Shown: positions 37,831 to 50,663 of the stretch, one piece after another | How the letters are laid out: each line of letters starts with the position of its first letter | Position numbering within the stretch: the stretch's first letter is position 1 | Origin: Octopus sinensis | Lineage: Eukaryota | NCBI RefSeq assembly: GCF_006345805.1 | Contig: NW_021832120.1 | Location: 186,001-250,000 of the forward strand | Direction of reading: 5' to 3' | Length of the DNA stretch: 64,000 bases | The notes under the pieces: generated by a model | The model's input: the letters and a program-made list of their open reading frames with translations, nothing else | Databases searched by the model: none | What the model was told of the DNA's origin: nothing | Position numbers and translations under genes: made by a program

Positions 37831-38599
37831 TACAATCAAATCAATCACGAATTTACCGAATTAAACAAGATTAAAGACTAACTTAATGATAATTCTGATT
37901 CTCTCACTATTCAAGGTGAGAATGAAGAAATTCACTGAACAAATTATTTTGTGAATCACCAAAAAACATTAAACACGCTAGAAAAATGAGAATCATTTTT
38001 TTATTGAATTGAAAATCTAGATATAAATTTATCTAAGCAAAAAAATGTCCTTGTGTGTAAAAAATCTATGTATCATAGCGTCGACAAATATCACACAATT
38101 GAAAATTAACGAATCGACATGACAGGTCAAATCCTAACGGAAAATCAAACAACGAAATACTATATTTAGCGAGAAACAAATTTGAGACATTGTTTTGAAT
38201 CTATCTTTGATAAAGCGACGACTTTCAGGTATTTTGTGTTCAATATTTTAGTCAAATCGTCCATTAAAAGTAAAAATATTTTCAGTGAAAGTGTCTACTT
38301 TATTTTATTTTGCAACGTCCACTTCATTATTTGAATTTTTCTAAATCTTCAATTTTTTAAAAATTAAATACATAGATTACTTTAAAATGAGTTGAGGTTT
38401 TAAAAATTTTAATTTACAAAAAAGGAAATTAATATAATTAGGAAATATCGTATTTCCAAAAATGCCTGTTCCACATTCTTCCTTCCTAACTACCAAAACA
38501 CTTTTCGATTACAAAATTACTACTAAAAAAAGCTCGAATTTCTTCACCTAATTGTCTTTTTTAAATAAAAAAAATAAAATTCAAACAATTTTTTAAAAT

Positions 38600-39159
38600 T
38601 TACCAGTCTAGTCTATTGTTTCTTATAGAATCGACTAGTAAGTAAAGATCACGCGCAGCTCTAGTTCGTGACCACGAGTCATAATTTTCGAATTCAAAGT
38701 CCAGAATGATTCTGGCCATTTCCTTTAATGATTTCTTTTCGCTGCCAGAATTTTTCATCATTTTAACGAGTTCTGGACACAAATATGTGTCGAAACAGTC
38801 AAAATAATGAATGTTAAATTCTAGGCAGGCGAAAAATTGGCTAAGGTCGTGACCAATTATGAGTGTGTCCTATAACTATAGACCAAACATATTATTACTT
38901 TCAGGATATCGAATATTATTGCTCTCGCTCTACGGAATGAGATTGAGTCATCCAGATCATACGGATGGACTCCTCCATACTGAGTCCGATAATTCGTGAC
39001 TAATTGGTTTGGTGTAATAAAGCTTTCGAAAAGGATGTTTAAGTCATTATCGACAATAAGACAGTGCGCTAAAATATATTTCAACAAAAAAGAGATACCT
39101 ATTGCAGATTTCTTTGGATATACCTCCACGAATTTCCAAGAGACAGAAACGTACATCAA
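38600..39159 (-). CDS. REXO4/ISG20-like DEDDh exonuclease-fold protein with catalytic residues replaced; 5' exon(s) uncertain
   Basis: Removing a 30-nt intron (~39070-39099) and a 29-nt intron (~38870-38898) gives YVSVSWKFVEVYPKKSAIAHCLIVD..VTNYRTQYGGVHP..ILKDTLIIGHDLSQFF..SLKEMARIIL..YDSWSRTRAARDLY, colinear with the REXO4 exonuclease domain as recalled. Confidence 0.75.
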
Positions 39160-39529
39160 TAAATTATATTTAACTTCCTTTTTAATACTATTTCTGTGGA
39201 GGTTAACAAATTAAAAATGTATATTATATTTAAAATATAAATAAAATTAAATTATTTATTTTAAAATTCTAAGAAGATTTTATTCAATAGTTTTGTTTTG
39301 GTAAGGTGGTGACATGCCTTGTTTCTTTTCCGTACAACGGTTAAGAAAAATTTGTAAAAAGCAGAAGATACAGAGAATATGCTTGCCCTAAAGATTCTTA
39401 CGTCCAATACATGCTGAATATCTAAGCCTAAGTCAAGAAATATTCTTTGTGACGACCTAGAAAGATTTAAAGTTTTTATTGGATGCATACAAGAAACAAA
39501 AATTACGCATTACCTCGATGAAAATATGG

Positions 39530-39880
39530 AAAATATTGACTATTATGTTTACCCAGTGACTCAAAACACTATGGTCTCGGATTTGTCATTGACAGAAACT
39601 ATCAGCTGACACTTGGCGGGTGAATGATAGGATCTGCCTAATACAGATCGATCTGAACAACCAAAGTTCCTCTAAACAATTATAAATGTATATGTGCCAC
39701 ACTGTGGAAGAGTGGCAAAAAATCCGACTGAACTGGATGAATTCTACTCAGCATTACAAAAACATACAAATTCCTCACTTATATTCATTTCCGGCGATCT
39801 AAATGCAAAAATCGGAATAAAAAAGAACTCAGAAAATAGGAAGACACGGACGTGCGAAAAGAAATTTGCCTGGGATTATA
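39530..39880 (+). mobile_element. APE endonuclease fragment of an RTE-like LINE
   Basis: INVYVPH..ELDEFYSALQ..LIFISGDLNAKIG. Confidence 0.7.
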
Positions 39881-40189
39881 TACAATACAATTAATAGATA
39901 GCTGTTTTGGAAATCCGTTATTTCTCTAATAAGAATATTTACAACATTTTTTACCGGCATCAGTCTTAGATTATACCTAACTTTTTTGATTGGAAATTAA
40001 ATTTATATAATTTTATTTATTCGAAAAAATATATTATTTTATCTAAGTTTTTTATTTCAAATTGTCACGTTTATTATTTGTTGTTTTGAAAAAGAGAAAG
40101 TGGAATGATAATTATGTCCGTTTTGGATTTAAATATACTAAAATCGATGATCTTTAAAGGCCCGAATATTTTTTATGTGAGGCTATATT

Positions 40190-41900
40190 CTCTAACCAGA
40201 ATATGAAACCTTCCAAACTGGAACAGCATTTTCTAAATAAACCTGGTGGAACTAATATTAGCGGCAATGATTTCAAATCTCTAAAAATCGAGAGAGCTGG
40301 ATATGATTCCCAAGTGACTCGTCCTAACTTAGGATTTGTATATCTTGAATACCGATTTTGCTTGCCTCTTATAAAGTGGCCTATAACATCGCAAAGTCTA
40401 AAAAGCCACAGATTTGATTAAACTATGTGCATTGGAAATGGTCTCATTAATACTTGGAACAGAGTCAAGACAAAAGATTGAATCAGTCCCGCTATTTAAT
40501 AATATAATTCACAGTCGAATATGTTAGTTAAGCTATGATATTTTGTCCCAAATTATTCAAGTCTTTTCCTTATATTTCTATGATATTTTGTCCCGAACGA
40601 ATCAACTGATGTCTCTAATTGTAGTCAACTTATTGCACTAGTGAGGTATTTTCCATGATGGTGCATCGAAAGAAGATTTTTTGGTTTATGAAAAATTAAA
40701 AATAACCACGAAAGGAATAGATGTCTTTAACATTGTTAAAGATTTTTTTATGAAACATGATTTGGATATCCAGACAATAGGGTCTATTTGTACAGACGGT
40801 GCTTCAGCAATGCTGGGAAATATTATCCGGTTTTGCTAGGCTATTATAGAATGAAATCCCGAACATAAGGATTAAGCATCGCTTTCTTCATCCCTATGCA
40901 TTACCTGTTAAAACTCTCTCCCAATTGTTGAAAAATGTACTTTACACCAGTGTAAAAATTATTAACTGGATAAGAGATCGTGCTATGAACCATCGAATTT
41001 TTAAAACAATTTGCAGTGGTCTTGGCAACAATGATTCTATTTTATTATTTCATACCGAAATTAGCTAACCCTTAACCCGTATCTTTGAGTTAAGAGAAAT
41101 AAAATTACTTCTTCATAAAAAAACGTCAATGTTTAATAAAATTAATATGTAAATTCTATCTTAAATTATTTAGAATCCAGATCGTCAGTGATTCTCTTCT
41201 TCTTCGCTTGGAAGAAGAGTTTGCAACAAAATTCTCATCATTTTCCATATTCTGCGTCAAAGTAATGTTCAACTGAGTGTCCTCACACATGCCAGCTCCG
41301 CAATTGATTGGCGGCAGAGGCGTACTCCTCGTTGTCTACCTTCATCCCATGTCTGTGTTCAATAAGCATACTCTCTAGAGTCCTCTTCAGCACAACCGAC
41401 GATGTATGTCTCGTTCCTTCTTCAATCACGAATTTCCCAACCTTAGAAAAGGTGGTCGACAATTCAATGAATCCTACTTTTCGTAAAGAAATTATATCTC
41501 ATTTAAAAGTATTGTCCACGTTTTTTGAGGGATATTTCGGAACGGATCTAAATATTACAGATGAATGGATTTTGAGTACATTTTCGTATAATCTGAAAAT
41601 TATGTCAAAGGATCATGAACTAAAAGAAGATCGGATTGATCTTCGAACAAACAAAGCACTTAAAATAGAGTTTCACAATTGTACATTGGAGCAGTTTTGG
41701 AGTTCAGTAGTGAAAATGTATCCAAAATTATCTCAAAAGGCTTTGTATGAAATTATTCCATTTGAAACGACATACTTATTCAAGTCAGGATTCAGCTCTC
41801 TTTTGGCAATTAAAACTAAATACAGAAATCGCCTGAATCCTGAACATTTGTATTGCGATTATCAAAAAAGTGCCAAGATTTGACAAAATCATTGAAAATA
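40190..41900 (+). mobile_element. Decayed hAT (Buster/ZBED5-like) transposase, interrupted at 41165-41420
   Basis: MKPSKLEQHF, ESTDVSNCSQL, ICTDGASAMLG, LLFHTEI and PFETTYLFKSGFSSLLAIKTKYRNRL. Confidence 0.85.
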
Positions 41901-42049
41901 AACAAGAAAAAAGAAGCCATTAATTGTTTACTTTTGTTATTGTATATTATTATTATAGCCGTACCGCAAGATGGCAACAAAATGTTGACATTTCTCATGA
42001 GCCAGCCACATAAGATCAAGACAGAGAGAGAACATGTTATTAAGAAATT

Positions 42050-42360
42050 AACTAATCCAAACGTGTTCCGTAACATTTTCTCCGTTAGTCTCGACAGGAT
42101 TTTCTGTTGCACGCGATAACTTTGAGGTTGTCTAGGTCGTCCGCCGACTTCAGTTTCAGACAAATCGTAGAGAGATCCTCATTTATGATGGTCGGAAGCG
42201 TCGCTCGTGGTCTACCACGGAATCCAGATCCCGTCTGCGCGAAGAAATAATCCACTGCAATCTTCGCTGGAACCAGGTCGTTTAAACATAGAAAATGGCC
42301 AAAAAGGCTCCATCTCGATCTGAAGATATCATCTGACAGGACATCGGATTTGCATTTATT
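42050..42360 (+). mobile_element. Possible degenerate CRE-like fragment
   Basis: GC-rich island; TTESRSRLREEII resembles TGEARTRLVKAI of the element at 740-2790. Weak similarity only. Confidence 0.35.
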
Positions 42361-42905
42361 ATATTTTTTTCGAGCTTCTTCGTTGAAACAAAAAGGTTTA
42401 TTTTTGTATTTTTAAACAAAATAATAATTTTTTGTTGAATTGACCTCGTAAGCATCTAATTTTCTTAAAAGATAAGATCAAAAAGTGGTATTTTTGGAAA
42501 TATTTTTTGTATTGTTGAACGTTACCACATTTAAGAATTTTGCTAAAAAAGGCATTGTATTTTGGAAAATTGCATCTAAATATAATTTTTCTAAGCCGCA
42601 AAGCAATTATATAGAAAATCGAATTACCATTTACAAGTTGGAAAAAAAGCATGTTTGTTGATAAGTTAAAACACTGAAAAATCTTCATGGCAATTAAATT
42701 CGAATTTTGATGCCTTAAAAATTTTTAGAAATCTAATAATTCGACAGTTACCTAATTGTTAAGAATATAATAAAACTTTTTACCGAAATTACACCAAAAT
42801 ATGCAATGAATTTCTTTAACAATGATCAATGAAAAGCAACAATTGAAAAGTAATTTAAAAGCCCATTAAAATAATTATATAAACAGTTAAAAATAATTGT
42901 AAAAA

Positions 42906-45235
42906 ATGCTGCTTTGGATATTTTTTCTTTGGCTGAAAACTGGTTTATGAGCATTGAAATAATAGTTTAGAATCTACAAATGGAGTAATCTATAACTTTG
43001 ACGGACATTCATATTCCTTATCTGAAGATAATACGTTTTTATATTTTTACGAATATTCATGTCCGATGGACTGGTATCCTGTCGACATAACAAATCAAAA
43101 AGAAAATGACGTTTTAGCAAGTAAATAAATAACTAAATATCAAGGCGTTTTGAGAGAAGATCGCTTTATTGGAGTTGAATACAGCTATTGGAATGCAAGG
43201 CCAGAAAGCCTTCATACCGGAAATGCATTGGTATTTGTTAAACAGGTGATATCAAAGACATATTCAAACTTCAAAGACCCCTCCTCTTATTTCAATGGAG
43301 TTAAATTAGAAGCGCACACCAGTAAATGGAAACGCATTATTTCTTGGTGGGAAGAAGGTTCATATATTTGTGAATCTGGTTAAAATAATGAGTATTATAA
43401 ACAGATACAATTTCGCCTGAAGGAATAAATATAACATCATCAAAATTCATAAACAGTAAAATTATTATTCAAACTTTTAGTCAATCCTGACGACATTTTT
43501 ACATTTCGCAAACATACATACTATATCTATTACGCATATCGGACTTATTCAACAACCAGACGAATATGTAACAACGATCACAATGGATATATATTCATTC
43601 CTAATGATGGCGAAGAAAATTGTGCTTTCCACAGTATATATACTGTCGTTTTAAATCATTTGTTTAGGTTATCTTAAAGGAAACGTATATCTTGGAATTA
43701 CAAAGTTTAATAACAAAATTTTCACTGAAAAAAATTATGTTGCTGTAATAATAATATTTAAGTCTATAGAGATATCTCCCCTGGGCTCCTTACAATCCGA
43801 CAACAAAAGAATGTGTAACTCGTTCATTCCTTAACGGAGAATTTATAAGCAGTGATTGTTACGACAAAAAATATGTGATCTGTGAAACAGGTCCGCAGAT
43901 CTAAAGTTAATATTTAGATGCCATATATGAAAATCCAACATATATATCATGCAATAGCACCGATTTAAAATGTATGCAATTGATTAATATCCAGTCTATT
44001 TCGCGCAAATCTTTAATTACAACGAATCCGTTTATTATATTTATGACATGCCAATGCCTTTCGATGAGGCGGTGAAAATGTGTGAATTTAGGAATGCACA
44101 ACTATATGTTCCTAGAGACGAATTCGAGAATTGTTTATTTACTGGTTTTGCGTAATAACTGTTATAAAAGAAAATGTTGAATATACGGTTGCATTAAATT
44201 ATGGAGAATTTTATGTTCGCGGGATACTGAGTCCATTAAATATATCATATTCAGTGAAAAAATATTTATTAAATGAATAGAATTTTACAAACTGGGCTCC
44301 TGGATATCCTGTTTGGATTAAAAATACTGATAACACTTGCGTTTATCAAAACTATAAAACAGGGAAATGGGAAAATAGAATATGCACAGATTCAAGATAT
44401 GCCTGTGTGAGAAACAACGATCCAGGTGATAATTAAAAAAATAAATATGTAATAGATATTAGGACAAATTCAATATCGAACTGTAAAAGCATGAATGGAA
44501 GTTTAAACTTTATTTATAACATTAGTAAATCCTTCACACGAAAAGACGGTTAAATATGATGGGACTGAATATATACTATTTGGAATTCCAATGACATTTT
44601 ATGAAGGACATATGCTATGCGATAGTATGAATAAACAAGTCATTAATCCAACATCTCAAGATGTCGTAGATTTCATAAATAATCGTTAATTATTTTATCA
44701 TTCGATTTTAGAAATTGTAAATCAGAGTTTTTACATTAACAATCGAATAACGTGGGATGATAACATAATAATGTATGATGACGGTCCATTATTGGTATAC
44801 ATAAAAAGTTGATTTAGATGACACCGAATTGGGATGTACATCAACCTCTTGTCATTGATGAAATGATGGCTTGTATCAGCATTAATCACAATGGAACTTG
44901 GAAAACAGATTATTGTGGAGAATATAAAATTCCGGTGTGTTCTAGCAAAGATTCGACCTACACAACTAGCAGTATTTTAATGTCAAAGTTGAACTTTAAA
45001 AAGGAAGCACTGCTCGAAAAGCAGGAATGGGAGTTGGGATATTTATTGCAATAGCTGCAATTGTGGGAATTTCAGTTGGATTATTTATATTTCTTCGGTT
45101 GAAATTCTTTTTATTTACATTTTAGGAAAAAAAAACTTCCCATGAGCAGTCTGAAATCTTTCGGAAGCTTTAGAACAAGTATATTATTTATTTCACACGT
45201 ATAGAGCGGAGTTTCTCCGGAGATTTCGAATAAAT
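42906..45235 (+). CDS. Four-CTLD type I membrane protein, copy 3 (intact, 19 exons)
   Basis: Same intron positions and open spliced frame as copy 2; starts MLLWIFFLWLKTES, ends RKKKLPMSSLKSFGSFRTKRSFSGDFE. Confidence 0.9.
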
Positions 45236-45784
45236 TAGTTAGCTATTAATTTTTCTTTAATCTCTATTTTCACTAATCTGATTTAAAAATTTTTAAAAAT
45301 TATTCACCCAACGATTCTCTTTTGGAAATAAAGATGTTTTTAATGGCGTTGGCTTTGCTAGTCAAGAAATTCCCGTTTCATTTCAGCCGAGTTTTTTTAT
45401 CTATAGTTATTTTTGGAATCGTTTGTATTACAACACAGCCATCTTGAACAAAGTTAAGTACTCTCATGACTGGATATATTTCACTGATTGTTCTAACGGT
45501 TGAGAAAGTCATCTTTATTTTAAGAAACAGTCTTTTAAAAAAACAAAAAGAAATCTGTTCATACGTTGGTAGGCATTTCGAAAATTAATTTGATCAACAA
45601 ACCAATCATTTATTAACTGTTCAATCTCATTGGTCAAGGCAACCGTTGGTGGATTGCTTCTGCAACGCCAGATAATTTTTTTAATCTAAAAATTTCCGAA
45701 CAATTAGATTTTTTATTTCATTTAATTTCTTTCTGAGAATGAATAATTAAACACACAAATATCAGAAATGTGAACTAAATATTA

Positions 45785-46370
45785 GTTTGGCTACACCCCC
45801 TCTCTTGTCGCCTCAGTACCGGCCGTATACCCAGACATGCCGCCTTGAATGATATTGTCAAGCGCGCGCTCAACGCCGCTGGATTCCCTTCGGTCCTAGA
45901 GCCGGTTGGTTTAGACCGTGGCGACGGAAAACGTCCCGACGGGTCCACGCTATTCCCGTTCAAGGGGGGACTCGCTCTCGTTTGGGACGTGACCTGTGTC
46001 GACTCGTTTTCCTCGTCATCTCTCATGGACTCTGCCTCCCGCCCTGGCTCAGCCTCCGCACATGCCGAAACAAAAAAAATAACAAAGTATGCCTCATTGG
46101 AGAACACCTGCCTTTTCGTCCCCCTGGCTTTCGAAACGAGCGGGATAATCGGCCCAAAAGCTCTTGAGTTCCTTTCGGAAATCGGCTTGATGATCTCAAG
46201 GAAGAGTCACGAGAAACGTGAGTCTAGTTGGCTTTTTCAGCGCATTTCGCTCGCGATATTGCGCGGAAACTGCCTATCTATTCGCGCGTCCTCTCAATCA
46301 AAGAATTAACATCATAAATTTACTTAATTAAAAAAAATAATAATAAAAAGACCAAAAAAAAAAAAAAGTT
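45785..46370 (+). mobile_element. 5'-truncated CRE-like insertion with open RLE domain and A-rich tail
   Basis: HPLSC..RHAALNDIVKRAL, GDGKRPDG, WDVTCVDSF, KITKY, FETSGIIGP and WLFQRISLAILRGN; poly(A)-rich run 46330-46367. Confidence 0.92.
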
Positions 46371-46389
46371 TAGAGTCTAAACTAATAAT

Positions 46390-47300
46390 GTTTAATTTTT
46401 GGTTATTCAAATTGATGAATTTACGGATATCACAAACTTAGCTCAATTATGTATATGTTTGTTATATACATGATAAGCACTTTTAAGATGAATTCTTGTT
46501 TTGTGAGACTTCCAGCACTAATACAACTGCCAAAGATATATTTGATAAATTGACAGATTTTTCAAATGCATAGCATTCATTGGAATAATTTGATTGGTGT
46601 GTGTAAGACGACGACCCACTAATGTTAGAACATTAGACAAAGAAAAATCTCCAAATGCTATTGGCATACATTGCATGATCCACCGTCATTCATTGATGAT
46701 GAAAACGATGGCTAATGATTTGAAAAATGTCATAATAAAAACGATAAACTATATTAAAACCAAAGCACTCAATTCGTGTCTATTTGCTGTGTTATGCAAA
46801 GATAACAACACTGAATATAAGACTCTTTTATTGCATTCACATATGAGATGGCTTTCAACAGGAAAAGTATTAAAGAGAGCATTTATTCTAAGAAAAGAAA
46901 TAAAAAAATTTTTAAAAAACGTCAAACCAAAATTGCTCGCTTAATTTTTATGATACTCGTTTTTTGACTTTATTGGCTTTTTTAAGCATATTTTGAATTT
47001 GAATTTCGTTAACTTAAACTCCAATGAAGAGATACCACAATTATCTTTTGCTATGAAAAAGTGAATGCTAGATTTTTTTAATTGCATAAATTATTAATAA
47101 TAAAAAAAACTTTCAAAACAGAATTAAAATTGTAGTATTCGAAATTAAATAATTACAACTTGCGCCATTTCAGCATCTAATATATTCATTGATGAAAATG
47201 AACTTTGCATAGATAACTACAGCATTGATGTGATCAAAACACAGCCGGACTTAGAAAAACTAGTGATATACAAACAAGTTCATCCAACTCAATAGCTATA
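46390..47300 (+). mobile_element. hAT (ZBED5-like) transposase remnant
   Basis: QIDEFTDITNLAQL, HCMIHRHSL and LLLHSHMRWLSTGKVLKR. Confidence 0.8.
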
Positions 47301-47329
47301 ACTGTTTAATTTTTCACTAATTTTTGTTT

Positions 47330-47900
47330 TTTAATGTTAATAAAGAACCGCAAGCAATGCACTAGTGATTTTATAAAACCATGCATTATGAAAGCTACTG
47401 AAATCATATGCCCTATTAATCGACCTGATTTTACAAGCATTAGCCTCAGAAGAAATAATACTCTGGCGAATAGGATTTCGGATCTTGCACTGATTTGCAT
47501 ATTTAACTCACGACGAAAATCAGTTCATTCATTACCTTTTCTATTGCTATTGATGAGAATGGTTCAGTTACCTATATTCATTCGTGAAGTGACGGCCACA
47601 AAGGAATTTGTGATTTGATACCAAAGATAGACACCACTACGGCAAATGAAATATTCAAATCTTTTTCCAGTGTGTTGGATAGCTTTGGAATGTAATGGGC
47701 ACGTGCTGTTAGTGTGGCTACAGTTGGTGCTCAATCAATGATTAGAAAAAACTGGCTTTATGGCTCAATTCAAGAAGAAGGTACAAACTGCAAGTGGAGG
47801 GTGTAATTTTTGAATATTTCACTATATTTTGCACCAGGAGGTACTCTCCACCAAATCGTTAAAAATCGACCATGTAATGGAGGTGGTCATTTGGGCGATA
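47330..47900 (+). mobile_element. hAT (GTF2IRD2/SPIN-like) transposase remnant
   Basis: DFIKPCIMKATEIICP, SIAIDE, DTTTANEIF and FHYILHQEVLSTKSLKIDHVMEVV. Confidence 0.7.
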
Positions 47901-47909
47901 TTTTTACCC

Positions 47910-48060
47910 GTGCCTTTACCCGTGCCCGACATTGGTAGAAAAATCTCTTCAAAAACGAATGACCGGGGGGAAACGAGCTGATTTTTCTGCAGATCTCGGT
48001 CGCTGTGTTCAGCCAGAACTGTCATTCGATACGCTGCGCGGTGTCTTTGAGTTTCCTTTA
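47910..48060 (+). mobile_element. CRE-like 3' tip
   Basis: IGRKISSKTNDRGETS followed by a frameshifted LQISVAV motif. Confidence 0.55.
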
Positions 48061-48972
48061 GGCTCTCAACTATTCTTTTAAACTTTTTCCAAACATATTT
48101 TTGTAAAAAATGGAAGTAAAAAAGTTTTTATTCAGTAAAAAAACATTGGAGAGAATGATCTTAGAATACAAACACAATATTCCTTATTGTGAAACGCAAG
48201 ACTAAAAAATTAAGGACATGGAATGAATCAATTTAAAATTGTAAGAAATTTCGGAAAAAGAATTGCAGCTGTAAACATATCTGAGACTGCAGTCGAGGTT
48301 GTTTTTTAATTAAAAAATTTATTTAAATACAATAATCATAACTAAGCTGAAAATACAATTAAAAAGGAAAACTAAAAAAATCATTTAATTGATGCAACTC
48401 GAAAAAAAACCAAGATGATATTCAAAACTATAGGCACAAAATTCTTTTAGAGCGATCGAGAGAAGCTAGAATGAATGAATGATTAATTTGTTCATCTATA
48501 TGTATCGGAGCTGTAAAAATTTGAGAATTATACAAAGTGTTAAAAACAAAACAGGTAGGTCGCATACAAAGTCACATGTAATTTATTATTAAATTTTTTA
48601 AAAAGCTTCAAATTTGCATTTAAAATAAAAAAAATATCTAAAATAAATTCACTTGTCTCATCACCACAAATTATCCCACAAAATAATAAAATCAGTATCT
48701 GAAAAAAGTAGAAATACACACTATTAAGCACAGGTCGTACTTTAAAAAAACGATAATAATTATTGATTAAGTAGGCAGAGATGGAGTGGAAACCTTTTAA
48801 TCATAGATAAAAACTCTTTCTTCTCTTTTTAAAAGGATCCCTCTTTGGAATATTTACTCTAAAAAAACAGCTAACACACAAAATCAGAATTCGGTTTGTA
48901 TAATGATTTTACCAATGCTATAAGAGGCAATTTATTTCAAATATTAATGATTAATAAAATTAGTGTAATAGT

Positions 48973-50663
48973 CTACAGATAGATCTGAAAACTATCAGAA
49001 AAATTGTAGTCTCTGATGATATGATTAGAATTAATTTTATTAAGAAAAGTCGAATTTATCAAAGAAGAATCCTCTGTAAAAATTTCTACCCGAAATAAAA
49101 AGACATAAAATACCTTCTTCTTCCTCCAACTCAAACTTGGACATACACGTCATACCAATCCCCACGGTTGAAATAAAAGGGAAAACCACGTTTACAAACA
49201 CAAGTATATATTTTACACATCTTCCGTTTGAATCGTCAAAATAACTAAAATTTCAAATTCAAATTTCCACCTAAGAGCAACTTGGGAACAAAAAACTAAA
49301 ATCCCCGTTGAAACTTTTTCCGAAAAACTGACTCCACTAAAAATGAAATTCCCCATAACCTACGTCATTATAAAGAAAATACTCCACCGAGTTTTTTCCA
49401 ATAATTGTCTCGAGCATACATCGAGATGTGACAATCATCGTAACTGTGCCAATGCCAGAGACAACAGCAATGACGAGTGTTGAGTAAAAGTCAGTCAAAG
49501 GAATAAATGGAAGTACAATTCCGCAAAAAAACGAACAAATAAGTCCAAAAGTAAATGAAAGCTTTAAATTAGTAAAAATAACTGACTTTAATTCCGACCA
49601 AAGAGACAAGTGAGTGTTGACACGACGAGACGACAAAGCCTCCAACAAAACTGACCAAAGGGACAAGTGCTATGTAGTACTGCACCCTTCGGTTATCACT
49701 TGTTGTTCACAAACCTTGACTTTGTCCAAATATTGGACCACGTAGAAGGGAAAGTACAACAATGTGAGGTTAGCCACAATGCGGGAAAGAACGTAGATTA
49801 ATCCATACTACAGATTTGATATATTTAAATTACAAGTATCTTTTTATGATGGAAGGCAAACGTGTGCCATCGCTTTATTCCCCGACAGTTCATCATTACA
49901 CAAGAAAACTTGGCTTCTTTTGTCAAAACGTGGAATACTAAAAACATAGCGATTCCCACGATTAGAGTAATGACAACAATTTTCTTAAAAATCAAAAAAG
50001 ACTTCAACATGAACTGCAGACATGTCTTCAGTGGCGAAAAAGTCTGTTCCAGTTCTTTTTAGGTACAAAATGCTCAAAGAATACACTAAAATGTACGCTA
50101 CGACACTAAAGACATATCTTCGAATAACAGAATAAGGAGAACCTTGTTCCGTTGAGAGAGGTCCGCTCTCGATCGGTCTCCGCAACTTCAGAGAGTAAAG
50201 AAAAATGTGAAAGTTGGCTGCTTGTCCATCCGTACTGTAGAATAACCGCTAAAGGAACGTAGAACAACACGTAGGAAATATTAGACCATTCGTGTCCCCA
50301 AAATGATTTCGGTTCGTGGAAAATAAGAGTTAAGGACAAGACCACACAACTCCCGCCTTTCAAATGTATGATTTGAAATCGTACCTATAAAATGCCACGT
50401 CTTTTTTCCGCCATAAAATTTGAGTATTTTAAAATTGATCCAATAAGATGAAGTTATTGTCGTGAAAGCGTCGGAAATTTGTCCTGCCAGGTATATCAGC
50501 CCTAGAAAATGTGGATAGTGGAGTCACCGACGGAGAGGGGATTGACTCCTCTGATCACTTGCAAATAGACAATAATGAATGTGACATAGAGACAACCTCC
50601 CACGTCGCTGAGGAAGTGACCTAAAGAAAATGCAAGCTTTCTTGGAAAGTTAAGAAACTGCAT
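48973..50663 (-). CDS. MFSD12: MFSD12-like major facilitator (MFS_2/GPH-type) transporter, multi-exon; 3' end approximate
   Basis: Splicing 25-35-nt introns gives RKLAFSLGHFLSDVGG, GQISDAFTT, YGGKKTWHFIG, QYGWTSSQLSHFSLLSE..ER, YVLSRIVANLT, IALVPLVSFVGGF and SGVSFSEKVSTG, matching recalled MFSD12 motifs in order. Confidence 0.85.

Noticed and set aside
15230-45235. A complete diversity-generating retroelement (CTLD targets plus nearby RTs)
   Set aside because: All RTs here carry non-LTR retrotransposon motifs. No intronless template repeat of domain 1 was found in the window, third-codon positions also vary, and the variable domain is N-terminal. Kept only as a testable analogy.
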